Sequence record: MH595538.1
Reading direction: 5' to 3' (one strand)
DNA: 64,000 bases
Made by a program: the position numbers and the translations under genes. Below the pieces are notes generated by a model, which did no database searches, was not told the DNA's origin, and saw only the letters and a program-made list of their open reading frames with translations. Position 1 is the stretch's first letter; each line of letters opens with the position of its first letter. Positions 9,285-21,897 of this stretch are shown piece by piece.

Positions 9285-10049
9285 ATGAGTAATAACAAAG
9301 CGTTAATTGCAAGAATTAAACATACCTTGGTTTTTATTAAAGATGCCAACGGGTTTGTGCAAAACTCCAGAGAGATCATTAAATCAATCTTTGAATCAGA
9401 GTCGGTAGACAACTCTACGTTATGGAGCGACTTACAGAAATTATTGCGTATTTTAATCCATGGTGATGCTGACCCAGCGGTAGCGCAGGTTCTAGGCCCG
9501 GTCTTGAGTGGACTAAAAGGGAAAGGCGATAATAAAGTCGAAGCCATTGAGCGTCTTATTCAACTGATGGAGATGACCAAAAGCTACGAAGGCGAGACAG
9601 TAGTGAGTAACTTAACCGCTGCTCTCTATCAGGTCCTTTTGGAAATCAAGCCGATGTATGAACCCAAGCCTAAAACAATTAAGCCAAAAACAGAAAGGCC
9701 TAAGCCTCAAAAAGTAAAAGAGTGCAAAACCGATAAGGTACTCAAGAAAAAGATCGAAGAAGCAACACCTGATAGCAAAGACTATCTTAAAGCTTGGACT
9801 ACAGAGCCTGGAAAGAAACCTGAGCCTGAACCTGAAGTAGAGCTGCCAGTCGATAATGATATGTTGTTAGACGACGCAGATGGGGATTTCGAAGACACTG
9901 ACTATGACGCAGTATCTAAAATACCAGAACGCATGTCTCGCGGTCAACGTAAAGCATGCGATGAATCTCGTCGCCGCATTGAAGCACTAAAAGAGATTCG
10001 ACAGTTGGGTTTAACCATTGAAGAAGCGAAAGAAGCGGGGTTATTATAA
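9285..10049 (+). CDS. Hypothetical protein (helical N-terminus, K/P/E-rich linker)
   Basis: 254-aa ORF with SD. Confidence 0.8.
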   Translation: MSNNKALIARIKHTLVFIKDANGFVQNSREIIKSIFESESVDNSTLWSDLQKLLRILIHGDADPAVAQVLGPVLSGLKGKGDNKVEAIERLIQLMEMTKSYEGETVVSNLTAALYQVLLEIKPMYEPKPKTIKPKTERPKPQKVKECKTDKVLKKKIEEATPDSKDYLKAWTTEPGKKPEPEPEVELPVDNDMLLDDADGDFEDTDYDAVSKIPERMSRGQRKACDESRRRIEALKEIRQLGLTIEEAKEAGLL

Positions 10050-10543
10050 TGGCGTATGATGAAGCAGTTAGACCACGTCCGACGTATAACAACTGGATGT
10101 ATCGTAAACGCGTAATGTACTTAACATTGATTTACTGCGTTACGGTATGTATATACTTACTCTTATTTGCAGAAGGTGAATCTTCATTGCATGTTGCTAT
10201 TGCAAATAACCTGATCCTGTTAGCAGCAACGTCAGTAGGTACTTTTGTATTTGGACACATTGCCGATGGTGAGACGGAAGAGTATAGAAGGGATGATCAG
10301 ATGGCCAGCTGGAATGAAAAGCGGGGATTGGTGTTTGTCTTTCTACTTATCTGTGCAATAGGCGTTACCTATCTAGTTATAAAAGGCGAAGATACAGAAA
10401 TGACGAATACTTTTGCGGATGGCCTATGTCTTGCTTTTGCTGCAATACAATCTAGTTATGTCTTTGGTGCAGTCTGGAGTGACAGTAGACTGCGTAAGAC
10501 CAAAGCATCAGTCGATAAAACGGTTAGTGATAAAAACTGGTAA
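10049..10543 (+). CDS. 4-TM membrane protein built from a duplicated 2-TM unit (holin-like, tentative)
   Basis: Two repeats, RKRVMYL...GTFVFGHIAD and EKRGLVF...SSYVFGAVWSD. Confidence 0.65.
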   Translation: MAYDEAVRPRPTYNNWMYRKRVMYLTLIYCVTVCIYLLLFAEGESSLHVAIANNLILLAATSVGTFVFGHIADGETEEYRRDDQMASWNEKRGLVFVFLLICAIGVTYLVIKGEDTEMTNTFADGLCLAFAAIQSSYVFGAVWSDSRLRKTKASVDKTVSDKNW

Positions 10544-10565
10544 AATTAATTTAAAGGAATCAAAG

Positions 10566-11117
10566 ATGGAAATCAATCATATTCTAAGCATTTATGTCGA
10601 TGAAAAACTGAAATATATGCGCTTGGCTAAAGATGACCTGCGTTCTGAACTGAGTGATCATATCTCATATGTGGTCGACCGAACACATGATCAAAACAGC
10701 AAATTGTTCGTACTGGCATTAGGTGCTGACGGAATCAGCGCTTTTACTAGTTTCAGCCTAAACGGTGATTATGATAAAGATATATTGATCAGTTGTTTTA
10801 TCAGAGACTATCATAAAGCGGGCATGTATAAAGCCGAAACAAGGCCAGTGACTGATGCGAATTCCTTGCGTGATTGGCTAGTCAACCAGGCAGAAATTAA
10901 CCTAATGCCTAAGTACAATCAATATTTGTTTCAGACAGCAGAAATGATAAAAGCCGCAGAGCTTTCAGAAAAGATAGCTCTAGCCTATGACTTTACTGGG
11001 ACACTCACCTTGACCAGGCAAAGTAAGGAAAAAGACATCCAGGAATGTGTCGACAATATTGCAATGTGGCAAAATCGTTTAAACGAACTCATCGGCGTTA
11101 AGCCAAAGACTCTATAG
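10566..11117 (+). CDS. Hypothetical protein
   Basis: Start moved to MEINH after SD AAGGA. Confidence 0.75.
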   Translation: MEINHILSIYVDEKLKYMRLAKDDLRSELSDHISYVVDRTHDQNSKLFVLALGADGISAFTSFSLNGDYDKDILISCFIRDYHKAGMYKAETRPVTDANSLRDWLVNQAEINLMPKYNQYLFQTAEMIKAAELSEKIALAYDFTGTLTLTRQSKEKDIQECVDNIAMWQNRLNELIGVKPKTL

Positions 11118-11131
11118 TAAGAGGAATAATC

Positions 11132-12487
11132 ATGAAACTAACTATGCCTAACTGGCTAAAAACACTAACGGCTAAAGACCAATCTAAATCAATCGATAAG
11201 GAATCTATGGGAATGAATAGCGACAGTACTCAGAACAGCTCTACCCGATGGATAAGAATGACAGAAGATGAAGTCAAAAAATTCCTTAATGTCATTGATA
11301 GCGATCTGGGTGTCGTGATTGCCCCTTATGTTAAAGCCGGGAAGCTTGCTGATTTAAGAACTGACAACTTTGATGTCATCTCGTTAGAGCATGAGAATAA
11401 ATTTATTTCTTCTCTATCTCTCTATACCGAAACAGTTAAACTCAAAGCGATCATCACCGTCTTATTATTCGGACATGTTGACCGCCGAGATCGAGATATA
11501 ACACGCCTGATTAAATGCTTGCCTCTTACTCCATGGGCAGTCAATATAGGCGGGGGCTTAGTATTCACCAACATACTGGAAGAAATGGACGGTTTCATTC
11601 TCGACCATTATGATGAACTGCCTAGACACCACCCGGTGATGCTTTTCCATGAACTGGGACAAAGGGAGGATCCTTGCTATCCGATCAGATTGGTCGCCCA
11701 GGAAGATTTCAATCCTAATCTTTATTGCATTCGTGATAGAAAGATAACTAAATATCGAGTTACTGCTATTGACCTTGACCTGTTAAGTTCAGAAAATGAA
11801 CCATCTGAAATGAAATCTGCGATGGTGAAAGCTAACCTTGACATAATGGCTCGTAAATCCAGAGATAGGTATCTTCGTGAATATGAAGGGATATTTAAAC
11901 ACAAGCCCGCTATTTATTGTCAGAATGAACAAAAGGAGTACCGCCTGCATGATCTTTATACGCAGCCTAAAAAATCATCAACCGCAGAGCTCGTTGCTAA
12001 AACAAAATATCGTGGTTTCGTCTCAGACCACTGTATTTATATGGAGCGATTGACATCTCTGTCGACGTGGCATTTCATGTCCTTTCCGGATAAATCCATC
12101 TATTCTTTAAATGAGCAAGACAGGAAGAGTCTTTATCAGGATTATGAGAGGTCAGTGTATGATGACTTGATGAAAACTTTAGAAAACCAGCCGTTTGCAG
12201 TTGCCAAGTCGCTAACAGAAGGATATGTTTATTTCGTAGAAAGCGTTGAATCTGTTAGAACTATCTATGACAATAGCAAAGAAAAAGGCAAGGTCGAATA
12301 TAGCTTTCATCCAGTTGCCAAGACGACATCGGGAGAGGTCATTGAGCTTATCCATTTGGATATGGATCACGATATTCAAGTCAGCAGTAGAGACTATGAT
12401 TATTCGATCCCTAACCATACTGCGGGCGCGTATCCTACGTCTACCCCTGAAATAGCTGAGAGATTCATTCGATCTATGATGTCGTAA
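11132..12487 (+). CDS. Hypothetical protein
   Basis: 451-aa ORF, SD GAGG. Confidence 0.8.
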   Translation: MKLTMPNWLKTLTAKDQSKSIDKESMGMNSDSTQNSSTRWIRMTEDEVKKFLNVIDSDLGVVIAPYVKAGKLADLRTDNFDVISLEHENKFISSLSLYTETVKLKAIITVLLFGHVDRRDRDITRLIKCLPLTPWAVNIGGGLVFTNILEEMDGFILDHYDELPRHHPVMLFHELGQREDPCYPIRLVAQEDFNPNLYCIRDRKITKYRVTAIDLDLLSSENEPSEMKSAMVKANLDIMARKSRDRYLREYEGIFKHKPAIYCQNEQKEYRLHDLYTQPKKSSTAELVAKTKYRGFVSDHCIYMERLTSLSTWHFMSFPDKSIYSLNEQDRKSLYQDYERSVYDDLMKTLENQPFAVAKSLTEGYVYFVESVESVRTIYDNSKEKGKVEYSFHPVAKTTSGEVIELIHLDMDHDIQVSSRDYDYSIPNHTAGAYPTSTPEIAERFIRSMMS

Positions 12488-12491
12488 CTAA

Positions 12492-12523
12492 TATACTGCC
12501 TGGGCACTTGCCCAGGCAGTATA
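12492..12523. terminator. Bidirectional hairpin between convergent genes
   Basis: TATACTGCCTGGGCA-CT-TGCCCAGGCAGTATA. Confidence 0.8.
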
Positions 12524-12534
12524 CATATTTTTTT

Positions 12535-14640
12535 TTATCTTTTCAAGATATAGTCTGTTGTATTGATCTGGCCAGCTTGTCTATGGAACGCACCGACCGC
12601 ACAGTTTTCAGTACCGCCTGGATCCCATGAGCGAGACTTATAAGCAAAGCCACTATGGTCAGTATTTGGAGCTTGTGCGATACGACCCCAGTAAACGTAT
12701 TCATCGCCCTCCTGATTGACCAATAGATTTTCAGCTTCGTTATAATACCGAGGATCTTTAAACATCAGACGTTCAATAATGATATCGCCCAGTGTAAAGT
12801 TGTTTGGACTGCCATAAACATTGTCCTGCAGTACATCGTCTACAGTGTAGTCTGTTTCATTGATAGTGAATAGGACTGAAGTGCCGATAAGATCAGGTGC
12901 CCAAAAGATACTGTTCGCAACCTTAAGCTTATTACCTGTGCCGAATACTTCGAATAAGCGGCGTCGGGTATTTACCTGGTAATTGGTAAATATTGCGTTG
13001 TATATTTCAAGGTCACAGTTATCGGAATCAATGCCAAAGCACCCTGGAGGATTATTGGTATCCAGCCCGCTATGTATATGAATAGTCGGGTTATAGAATC
13101 TTCCTTTTACCGGACCTCTTAACGCAACAGCGCCAGATTTCACGCCGAAGGCGTTACCGCCGCCTATGAATATATCAGCAAAGCTATAGACAAAGCCTAT
13201 ATTTGGAGAGTCACCCATCCACTGTAGCGCGCCAGTACCATAGTTAACCGTCTTATGGTTTGAACTATCATATATGTTTCGCGCAGAAACAATTTTAGGC
13301 CCTACGTCAGTAGCTCGGTTATAGTCATTGACGTACAATGGAGAATGACAACCAGTGATAATAGAATCCGTAATTTCTACTAGTCCACTGCCGTAACCTA
13401 AGTTTACATAGATGCCTGCCGAGTCACTGCCGTATGCACGGTAACGACGGAATGTTACCTTTTTAAACGTATTGTAAATACGCGTCATGTAATCGAGAGG
13501 ACCAACAATCTCCATGTCTATGATTTCAATTTCTTCATCTTCGCGACCGACATAGTCATCTTGATCATTCACACCGATAAACATTGCGATTTCGCCACCA
13601 TCGGCTCGGCAACGTCTAAGCTTAGCGCCGGCATTGACTCGATAGCCTGTGCCAATGACATGGTTAGTTTCACATCGATCTAGAACAGTACCTTTCTTTT
13701 CAATCTGGAAGCCTGACGTATTAGATATGCTTGCAGTACATCGTCTAAGAGTCGCAGGTTCTTTTATATGAAAGGTAATATCTCCTCCAGTCAAATCGAT
13801 ATCTTCTACTAGTTGCCCTGCTTCATCGATCGTAAGCATTGACGTAGGGTTATCTTCATCAGGAGCGCGGGCAATATAAACCTCGGTAAGATTCGGCGTA
13901 TGAGGCCATTTTATAGTCACCTTATCAGACTCTATATAAAGATCCCCAAAACGCAATAGTTCAGCAGGGTCAGATACCATACGCTCTTTTCTGACCATGA
14001 TGCCAAATAGCGTCATCGCAACAACCGGGTCACCAACTTCGATTGCATGAGACCAGGTTTCATTGCCTTCATCTATCCAGTTAGACAATCGCTCATTTTC
14101 ATAAGTCAGTTCGGTTGCCGTGGGTGCAGTTAACAATAGTTTCCACTTGGCTGTGTCGGTTAAAGCCACATTGCTGTTTTCAGGAATGTCTTCTTGTGCC
14201 TGATAGACTTCGCCATTTACCCATACCAGATCACTTTGTTTATATTCGGTGTTAACATCGTGACTGTCAAAGTTACGCGCTGCCTCTGGTTTGCCCTGTA
14301 GTTGTTTCCAGTAAGTCGTATCGGTTAATGGAATATTACTATTCGGGGTAATATCTTGGAGACACTCATAGATGCCTTCTGGGATATAAAGGAAGTCCTT
14401 GGCTTTGTACTCGCCATTAACATCATGGGATGTATCTGTGTTACCGCCTTTAAAGGTAACCAGCAATTCTTTCCAGTGCTCTGTGTTTGTAATAGGGATA
14501 TTCATGCTCGCTGGCACGTCTTTAATACATTCGTACACATCGCCGTCTACCCATACCTCATCGAGTTTTAGGTACTCGGCATTGGTATCGTGACTTGGGT
14601 ACTTATCACCTTTAATACGAGCAATAACTTTATCAGTCAT
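12535..14640 (-). CDS. Putative virion appendage protein: 3 CBM5/12-like repeats plus a C-terminal parallel beta-helix (pectin-lyase-like) domain
   Basis: Three SHDxNxEY...V...G.Y....D.P...N..LT....WK.L repeats; beta-helix-like short-strand periodicity in the C-terminal half. Confidence 0.7.
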   Translation of the reverse strand: MTDKVIARIKGDKYPSHDTNAEYLKLDEVWVDGDVYECIKDVPASMNIPITNTEHWKELLVTFKGGNTDTSHDVNGEYKAKDFLYIPEGIYECLQDITPNSNIPLTDTTYWKQLQGKPEAARNFDSHDVNTEYKQSDLVWVNGEVYQAQEDIPENSNVALTDTAKWKLLLTAPTATELTYENERLSNWIDEGNETWSHAIEVGDPVVAMTLFGIMVRKERMVSDPAELLRFGDLYIESDKVTIKWPHTPNLTEVYIARAPDEDNPTSMLTIDEAGQLVEDIDLTGGDITFHIKEPATLRRCTASISNTSGFQIEKKGTVLDRCETNHVIGTGYRVNAGAKLRRCRADGGEIAMFIGVNDQDDYVGREDEEIEIIDMEIVGPLDYMTRIYNTFKKVTFRRYRAYGSDSAGIYVNLGYGSGLVEITDSIITGCHSPLYVNDYNRATDVGPKIVSARNIYDSSNHKTVNYGTGALQWMGDSPNIGFVYSFADIFIGGGNAFGVKSGAVALRGPVKGRFYNPTIHIHSGLDTNNPPGCFGIDSDNCDLEIYNAIFTNYQVNTRRRLFEVFGTGNKLKVANSIFWAPDLIGTSVLFTINETDYTVDDVLQDNVYGSPNNFTLGDIIIERLMFKDPRYYNEAENLLVNQEGDEYVYWGRIAQAPNTDHSGFAYKSRSWDPGGTENCAVGAFHRQAGQINTTDYILKR
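14140..14595 (-). repeat. Three tandem ~44-aa CBM5/12-like repeats (protein level)
   Basis: SHDTNAEY..., SHDVNGEY..., SHDVNTEY..., each ending in WKEL, WKQL or WKLL. Confidence 0.85.
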
Positions 14641-14708
14641 TAGATAATCCTTTATGTTTTGATTCTAGTACTCAGTCGATTCGTCGTTGTTTCAGCGACA
14701 TTTAATAC

Positions 14709-14725
14709 CTATATCACCAGGATGA
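14709..14725 (+). promoter_or_regulatory. Putative phage promoter motif, copy 3
   Basis: CTATATCACC-AGGA-TGA in a divergent gap. Confidence 0.7.
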
Positions 14726-14752
14726 AATAACTCAATAAAAGGAGTATAGATC

Positions 14753-15055
14753 GTGACTATTATCACAGCAGGCAAAACCTTTAAGATTAAGCGCTATGCA
14801 AACGGAGAGCTCTTAACTCGAACGGGCCCTTATAAGGTTCTGGTCGATTTCGATATGGGGATCGAATATCGTCGTTACTTAAAGGAAGAAGAACTTAACG
14901 ACATTATTGATATGCAAGGATTCGATACAATGATTCCTACAGCAGATCAACAACGTAAGTTCATTAACTGGCTAGAAAAAGAGAAGTTCATTCTACAGCC
15001 AGAATCACTAGGTGACGTCACGTTTGAAATACATGACGGTAAATTAACCGCGTAA
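14753..15055 (+). CDS. Hypothetical protein
   Basis: GTG start, SD AAGGAG. Confidence 0.75.
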   Translation: MTIITAGKTFKIKRYANGELLTRTGPYKVLVDFDMGIEYRRYLKEEELNDIIDMQGFDTMIPTADQQRKFINWLEKEKFILQPESLGDVTFEIHDGKLTA

Positions 15056-15060
15056 TTATC

Positions 15061-15078
15061 GAGAGGCTTCGGCCTCTC
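15061..15078 (+). terminator. Hairpin with UUCG loop
   Basis: GAGAGGC-TTCG-GCCTCTC. Confidence 0.7.
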
Positions 15079-15101
15079 TTATATATTTTGATGGAGTAGT
15101 T

Positions 15102-15695
15102 ATGTCGTTTAATAGCGAAGAAATAGACAAGTCGGTCGTACCGCAAGCAGCTATCGATAAGATAGAAGAAAGGTTTAAAGAAGTAGCCAATGTTGAACCT
15201 GCTAAATCCCCGTTAGTCAAACATGATATTGACGATGAACTGGAGTGGCGCATGAAACAACAATTGGTATTGACTAACATCAATATGACACTAGATGAAG
15301 TAGCAGCTGATCCTGTACTTGCGCAAAAATTTATCCGCCCCTATGAGGAGGACTTATCGCAAACTCAAGGCATGTGGATTCTAAATCCTCCTTATGGAGG
15401 AGCTCGTAACAAACGCACGCGCAAGCCGTTAAACATCTGGGGTAATATTGGCGGGAGCTCTGTGATTATATGCGGTCATCCTGGAGAAGATGCCGAGTTA
15501 GTATGGCAGACCTATAATCCTACTGGTGCTCGCCGTGTTGCTGCTAAGCGAGCGATAGAAAACGGCATACGTAGCCTATGGGCAGATGATCTTAAAAAGG
15601 CATTGCCAAAACAAGGTCATCTGCCTGACACTATGAAGAAATTACGCAAGGCAAAGCGCCAGGCTCAAAAACAATCACGTAAAAAGAACAGGTAA
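15102..15695 (+). CDS. Hypothetical protein with basic C-terminal tail
   Basis: Ends KRQAQKQSRKKNR. Confidence 0.8.
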   Translation: MSFNSEEIDKSVVPQAAIDKIEERFKEVANVEPAKSPLVKHDIDDELEWRMKQQLVLTNINMTLDEVAADPVLAQKFIRPYEEDLSQTQGMWILNPPYGGARNKRTRKPLNIWGNIGGSSVIICGHPGEDAELVWQTYNPTGARRVAAKRAIENGIRSLWADDLKKALPKQGHLPDTMKKLRKAKRQAQKQSRKKNR

Positions 15696-15698
15696 GGT

Positions 15699-16142
15699 AT
15701 GGAAGTATATTCAAAGAAAGCACCGCTCTCTAGAATCAAAGAGTCAAAACATCTCCGTGTCTTAGACTATGCTCGTCGCAGTGAAGCGACAATGTGTACG
15801 GTTAGACTAAGATCATGTCGTTATGGAAACCATCCTCTCGGCATGAAAGATCTTGCTCATAAACCATTTCGTGATTTAGCGGCAGTTGAATATGGCAATT
15901 ATGTCTATACAGCCTTTATTAATCATGACACGGGTAAGAAAGAATGCTGGAGATTTCTTAAAGACGCATACCATCATAAAATCGATATCTCTGTAGCTGG
16001 GCGTAAATTCTGTCCTACTTGCAACCTGGCAACAAGAATCCTTTTAGATGACGGCAGTAAAAAATTGAGATGTCCTGCGTGTATTCAGACTACTCTGGAA
16101 GAGAATCGCACTAACGCTATTTTCAAAATAACAGATACGTAA
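15699..16142 (+). CDS. Hypothetical protein with a Zn-ribbon
   Basis: CPTC...CPAC. Confidence 0.7.
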   Translation: MEVYSKKAPLSRIKESKHLRVLDYARRSEATMCTVRLRSCRYGNHPLGMKDLAHKPFRDLAAVEYGNYVYTAFINHDTGKKECWRFLKDAYHHKIDISVAGRKFCPTCNLATRILLDDGSKKLRCPACIQTTLEENRTNAIFKITDT

Positions 16143-16151
16143 TGTATCACA

Positions 16152-16173
16152 AAGAGTCCTTGCGAGGGCTCTT
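16152..16173 (+). terminator. Hairpin
   Basis: AAGAGTCCT-TGCG-AGGGCTCTT. Confidence 0.6.
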
Positions 16174-16228
16174 GATGATGCACGTCGCATCACCTGTGGA
16201 AGCAGGTAAATTAACTTAGGAAACTATC

Positions 16229-17503
16229 ATGAAAGAAATAACAAGAGAAGAATACATCAATATGCTAGAACTATTTGATGCTAGACCAGGATTAGTGACG
16301 ACACTTACGGATGCTCCGTACGAAGTATGCTGGTCGGCAATTTCTCTATCTGGAGCAAGAAACTTAGCCGATTTAATAAAGGCAGAAGGAAAGATTCCTG
16401 AAGAATTGTCCCGTTCATTGGGGTTATTCATGCCCAAAAAATACATGCGTTATTATTCCCCTTCCGCAGGGATTTTGAGAGCTGACTGTACATGTAAATC
16501 CTCTCCAGACGGTTCAGTCGTTAGCCGCATTGAATTTGATACAAGCGTTGAGCCGGCAACCATCAGTATCTATAAGAAGGGGCTCAGTCGAAGCAACCCG
16601 ATCCCTAGTCGAGTCATTGATAAAAACGGAGTAGTTGTTCAACAAGCATACCTTGGTTACACGCAGAAATATATGCAGAGGGCACATGAGCTCATCAATG
16701 GCGACACTTTGGAAATCGAGGACACTGTTGAGATCAAAGATGATGTTGTTGCAGCCAGAACACAAACAACCCATCATGCCCACGCCGTTCATAACGAAAT
16801 ATATACCGACGGCAGTTCATTGATGAAAGTGGTAAACAATCACGATGTTTTAAGCTGGGGTCCCATGGGCGCCACCGCTGAGATAGCGATAAATGTTGCT
16901 CATTGGAATGCCGGTCATCTACACTCTAATGTCTGGGAATGGCGAAACGACATATTTATCAGCAAAAGAGGTAATGAGTCAAAACGCACAGTAGAGTACG
17001 GTAGCTTCTTTCGCAGTAATGGTCTACCTGGACTCTATGCTAAATCCCGCAGTATCGACGGAGAAGTCAAATCACCATATGCGATTGTAACCAAGGGCGA
17101 TGGCAATGGAGGTATGATTGTAAACTATGTCAAAATAGATGAAGCAGGTAAAGTCACAGAAGATTACATTAGTTATCGAGTTCCTGGCTTTGTAGCCGAA
17201 GTAGGTCATTTTGTTCAGCGACAGTATCCTGACAAAGCAGTGGCCAAGCTTGACGAACTAGGATCCAAGATGACTGGCGAACCTAAAGACACCAAGGTAT
17301 ATTATATCAATAGCGACGATCATGAATTTGATAACGATTGGTTCTTTGGAATGACGAAAGCCACTCCTATAAATCCAAGAGGTCTTATTGCCGTACACCT
17401 CAATAATCCAGCTCCTGAGAGTATCAGAGAATCGGATTACAACAATATTGTGTTTATTTCCAGAGACATGATATTTGGATTCGAAGCAAAACAGCTAAAT
17501 TAA
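16229..17503 (+). CDS. Hypothetical protein
   Basis: 424-aa ORF, SD AGGA. Confidence 0.8.
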   Translation: MKEITREEYINMLELFDARPGLVTTLTDAPYEVCWSAISLSGARNLADLIKAEGKIPEELSRSLGLFMPKKYMRYYSPSAGILRADCTCKSSPDGSVVSRIEFDTSVEPATISIYKKGLSRSNPIPSRVIDKNGVVVQQAYLGYTQKYMQRAHELINGDTLEIEDTVEIKDDVVAARTQTTHHAHAVHNEIYTDGSSLMKVVNNHDVLSWGPMGATAEIAINVAHWNAGHLHSNVWEWRNDIFISKRGNESKRTVEYGSFFRSNGLPGLYAKSRSIDGEVKSPYAIVTKGDGNGGMIVNYVKIDEAGKVTEDYISYRVPGFVAEVGHFVQRQYPDKAVAKLDELGSKMTGEPKDTKVYYINSDDHEFDNDWFFGMTKATPINPRGLIAVHLNNPAPESIRESDYNNIVFISRDMIFGFEAKQLN

Positions 17504-17515
17504 GCCAAACATTAA

Positions 17516-17539
17516 AAGAGTCCCTTAACGGGGACTCTT
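17516..17539 (+). terminator. Hairpin
   Basis: AAGAGTCCC-TTAACG-GGGACTCTT. Confidence 0.6.
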
Positions 17540-17553
17540 AGGAGATTTTTATT

Positions 17554-20256
<2,703 letters not shown>

Positions 20257-20257
<1 letters not shown>

Positions 20258-20688
20258 TGGCCGAAGAAAGTGATAGCGATAAAGGCATGGAAGATATGAT
20301 TACTCAGGGCAATCAGCTTATGCATGAGTTAAAAGAAGCAGGGGAACGATTCAATGACCTGTTATGGAAGTCTAATCTGACATTGGAAGAGAAGACTCAG
20401 TCTTTAAAGAACACTAGCTTTTGCACTCATATAACACAAGAGCTTAGCAAAGTCATTACTTATGAATTATCGACTGGTGCGTTTGTTAAGATGCTAAAAG
20501 AAAAGCGTCCAGAATACGCAGATACTCCTTATATGGCGATTACGATCGACAAGTATATTGAGTATGTGAATTCTTCGAAATTTGCACTAGTGATGGCTGA
20601 AAGCATGTTGCCTCGACGCATTGCCAGAGTTGCTCGTGATGAGTTACTGATAGCGACTGAAACAGCTAAAGAAGTTAGAAAGACTTAG
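20257..20688 (+). CDS. Hypothetical protein
   Basis: 143-aa ORF coupled to ligA. Confidence 0.75.
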
Positions 20689-20697
20689 GGAGGGGTC

Positions 20698-21330
20698 ATG
20701 GGAATTGTTTACTGGATGTCCGATCCGCATGACGGGCATAAAAACATCGCTAGCTTTCGAGGGCGATATATCCCGGAAGTAAAGTGTGCTGAAACTAACC
20801 GTGAATTTATCCGTAAGAACTGGCGAGCTCGAGAAGACGATAAAGTCATTATACTTGGCGATTGCTGTTTCAGTCAAGAAAGTGCTTTGTTCTTTAAATC
20901 CCTGCCAGGGCGTAAAGAATTAGTGCTAGGCAACCACGATCTTGAAAACACGAACCGGCCGTCTGTTTTGCAGTTAGCAGATGCGTTCGATAAGATCTGT
21001 GGCGTTCGATCACATACGCTTGGCGAAAGACAAGTAGGGTGTGATACATATCCTAAAGAAAAGGTATGGCTACAGCACATTCCTATTCACCCACAACACC
21101 TGAGAGGAAGACGTCAGGTGCATGGCCATGAACACGAGTGGTATAAGGACCATATGACTCCCGGAACACCCCGGCATGATCAGAACTATATCAATGTCAA
21201 CTTAGATGTCATCTGGCATCGATTGGGCAAAATCATGATTACTACCGATGAGCTTGTCCAATATTCATACGGGGACTTACCATGGAGAAAACATACGTCG
21301 CCTACTCCGACATCCAGTCCGGAGACATAA
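20698..21330 (+). CDS. Calcineurin-like metallophosphoesterase
   Basis: SDPHDGH, LGD, LGNHD, QHIP, VHGHEH motifs. Confidence 0.88.
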   Translation: MGIVYWMSDPHDGHKNIASFRGRYIPEVKCAETNREFIRKNWRAREDDKVIILGDCCFSQESALFFKSLPGRKELVLGNHDLENTNRPSVLQLADAFDKICGVRSHTLGERQVGCDTYPKEKVWLQHIPIHPQHLRGRRQVHGHEHEWYKDHMTPGTPRHDQNYINVNLDVIWHRLGKIMITTDELVQYSYGDLPWRKHTSPTPTSSPET

Positions 21331-21533
21331 TTGAACTAAGATCTGATGGCCCTAATGAAATTGTTTGGTCTGACAAACTGCTGTATCGATTAGGGAATGC
21401 GATGTTCTTTCGCTCTTACTGTAACCCAGGAGAGACAGTGAAAAAGATCATTCCTTGCGATAGTTACATTGCCTCAATATTAAAAGGCACTGAAATAACG
21501 CATGTATTCAGAAAAGAAAGCACTATAGGTTAG
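21282..21533 (+). CDS. Small hypothetical protein
   Basis: 83-aa ORF with SD GGGGA, overlapping the upstream gene end. Confidence 0.55.
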   Translation: MEKTYVAYSDIQSGDIIELRSDGPNEIVWSDKLLYRLGNAMFFRSYCNPGETVKKIIPCDSYIASILKGTEITHVFRKESTIG

Positions 21534-21550
21534 GGCATCTGCCCTAACCT
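21527..21550 (+). terminator. Hairpin (GGGCA-NN-TGCCC family)
   Basis: AGGTTAGGGCA-TC-TGCCCTAACCT. Confidence 0.6.
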
Positions 21551-21574
21551 TAGATTTTTAAAGGAGACAATAAA

Positions 21575-21895
21575 ATGTCAAATAATGAACTTGATGAAGC
21601 CATTATCAATAAAGAGCCTTACATAAGTTATGAGATTTCTGAGACCTTAGGTCTTATAGAAATCCAGTATCTTTATGTTCCCAAGGAACTTTGTGGTAAA
21701 GGCATAGGTACTGCACTGCTAGCCGATACCATCGAAGATATTCGTAACTTCAGTGAGCTGCCTATCGAAGTAGGTGCATTGGCGTTTAATCATTGCAATA
21801 TTCCTAATCATAATCTGGCTGACTGGTACGAACGAAGAGGGTTCGAAATAGTGAGCTGGGAAGCAGACGTAACAAGAATGAGATATCGAGGTTAA
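21575..21895 (+). CDS. Minimal GNAT acetyltransferase
   Basis: LYVPKELCGKGIGTALL (motif A) and LADWYERRGF (motif B). Confidence 0.85.
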   Translation: MSNNELDEAIINKEPYISYEISETLGLIEIQYLYVPKELCGKGIGTALLADTIEDIRNFSELPIEVGALAFNHCNIPNHNLADWYERRGFEIVSWEADVTRMRYRG

Positions 21896-21897
21896 TT

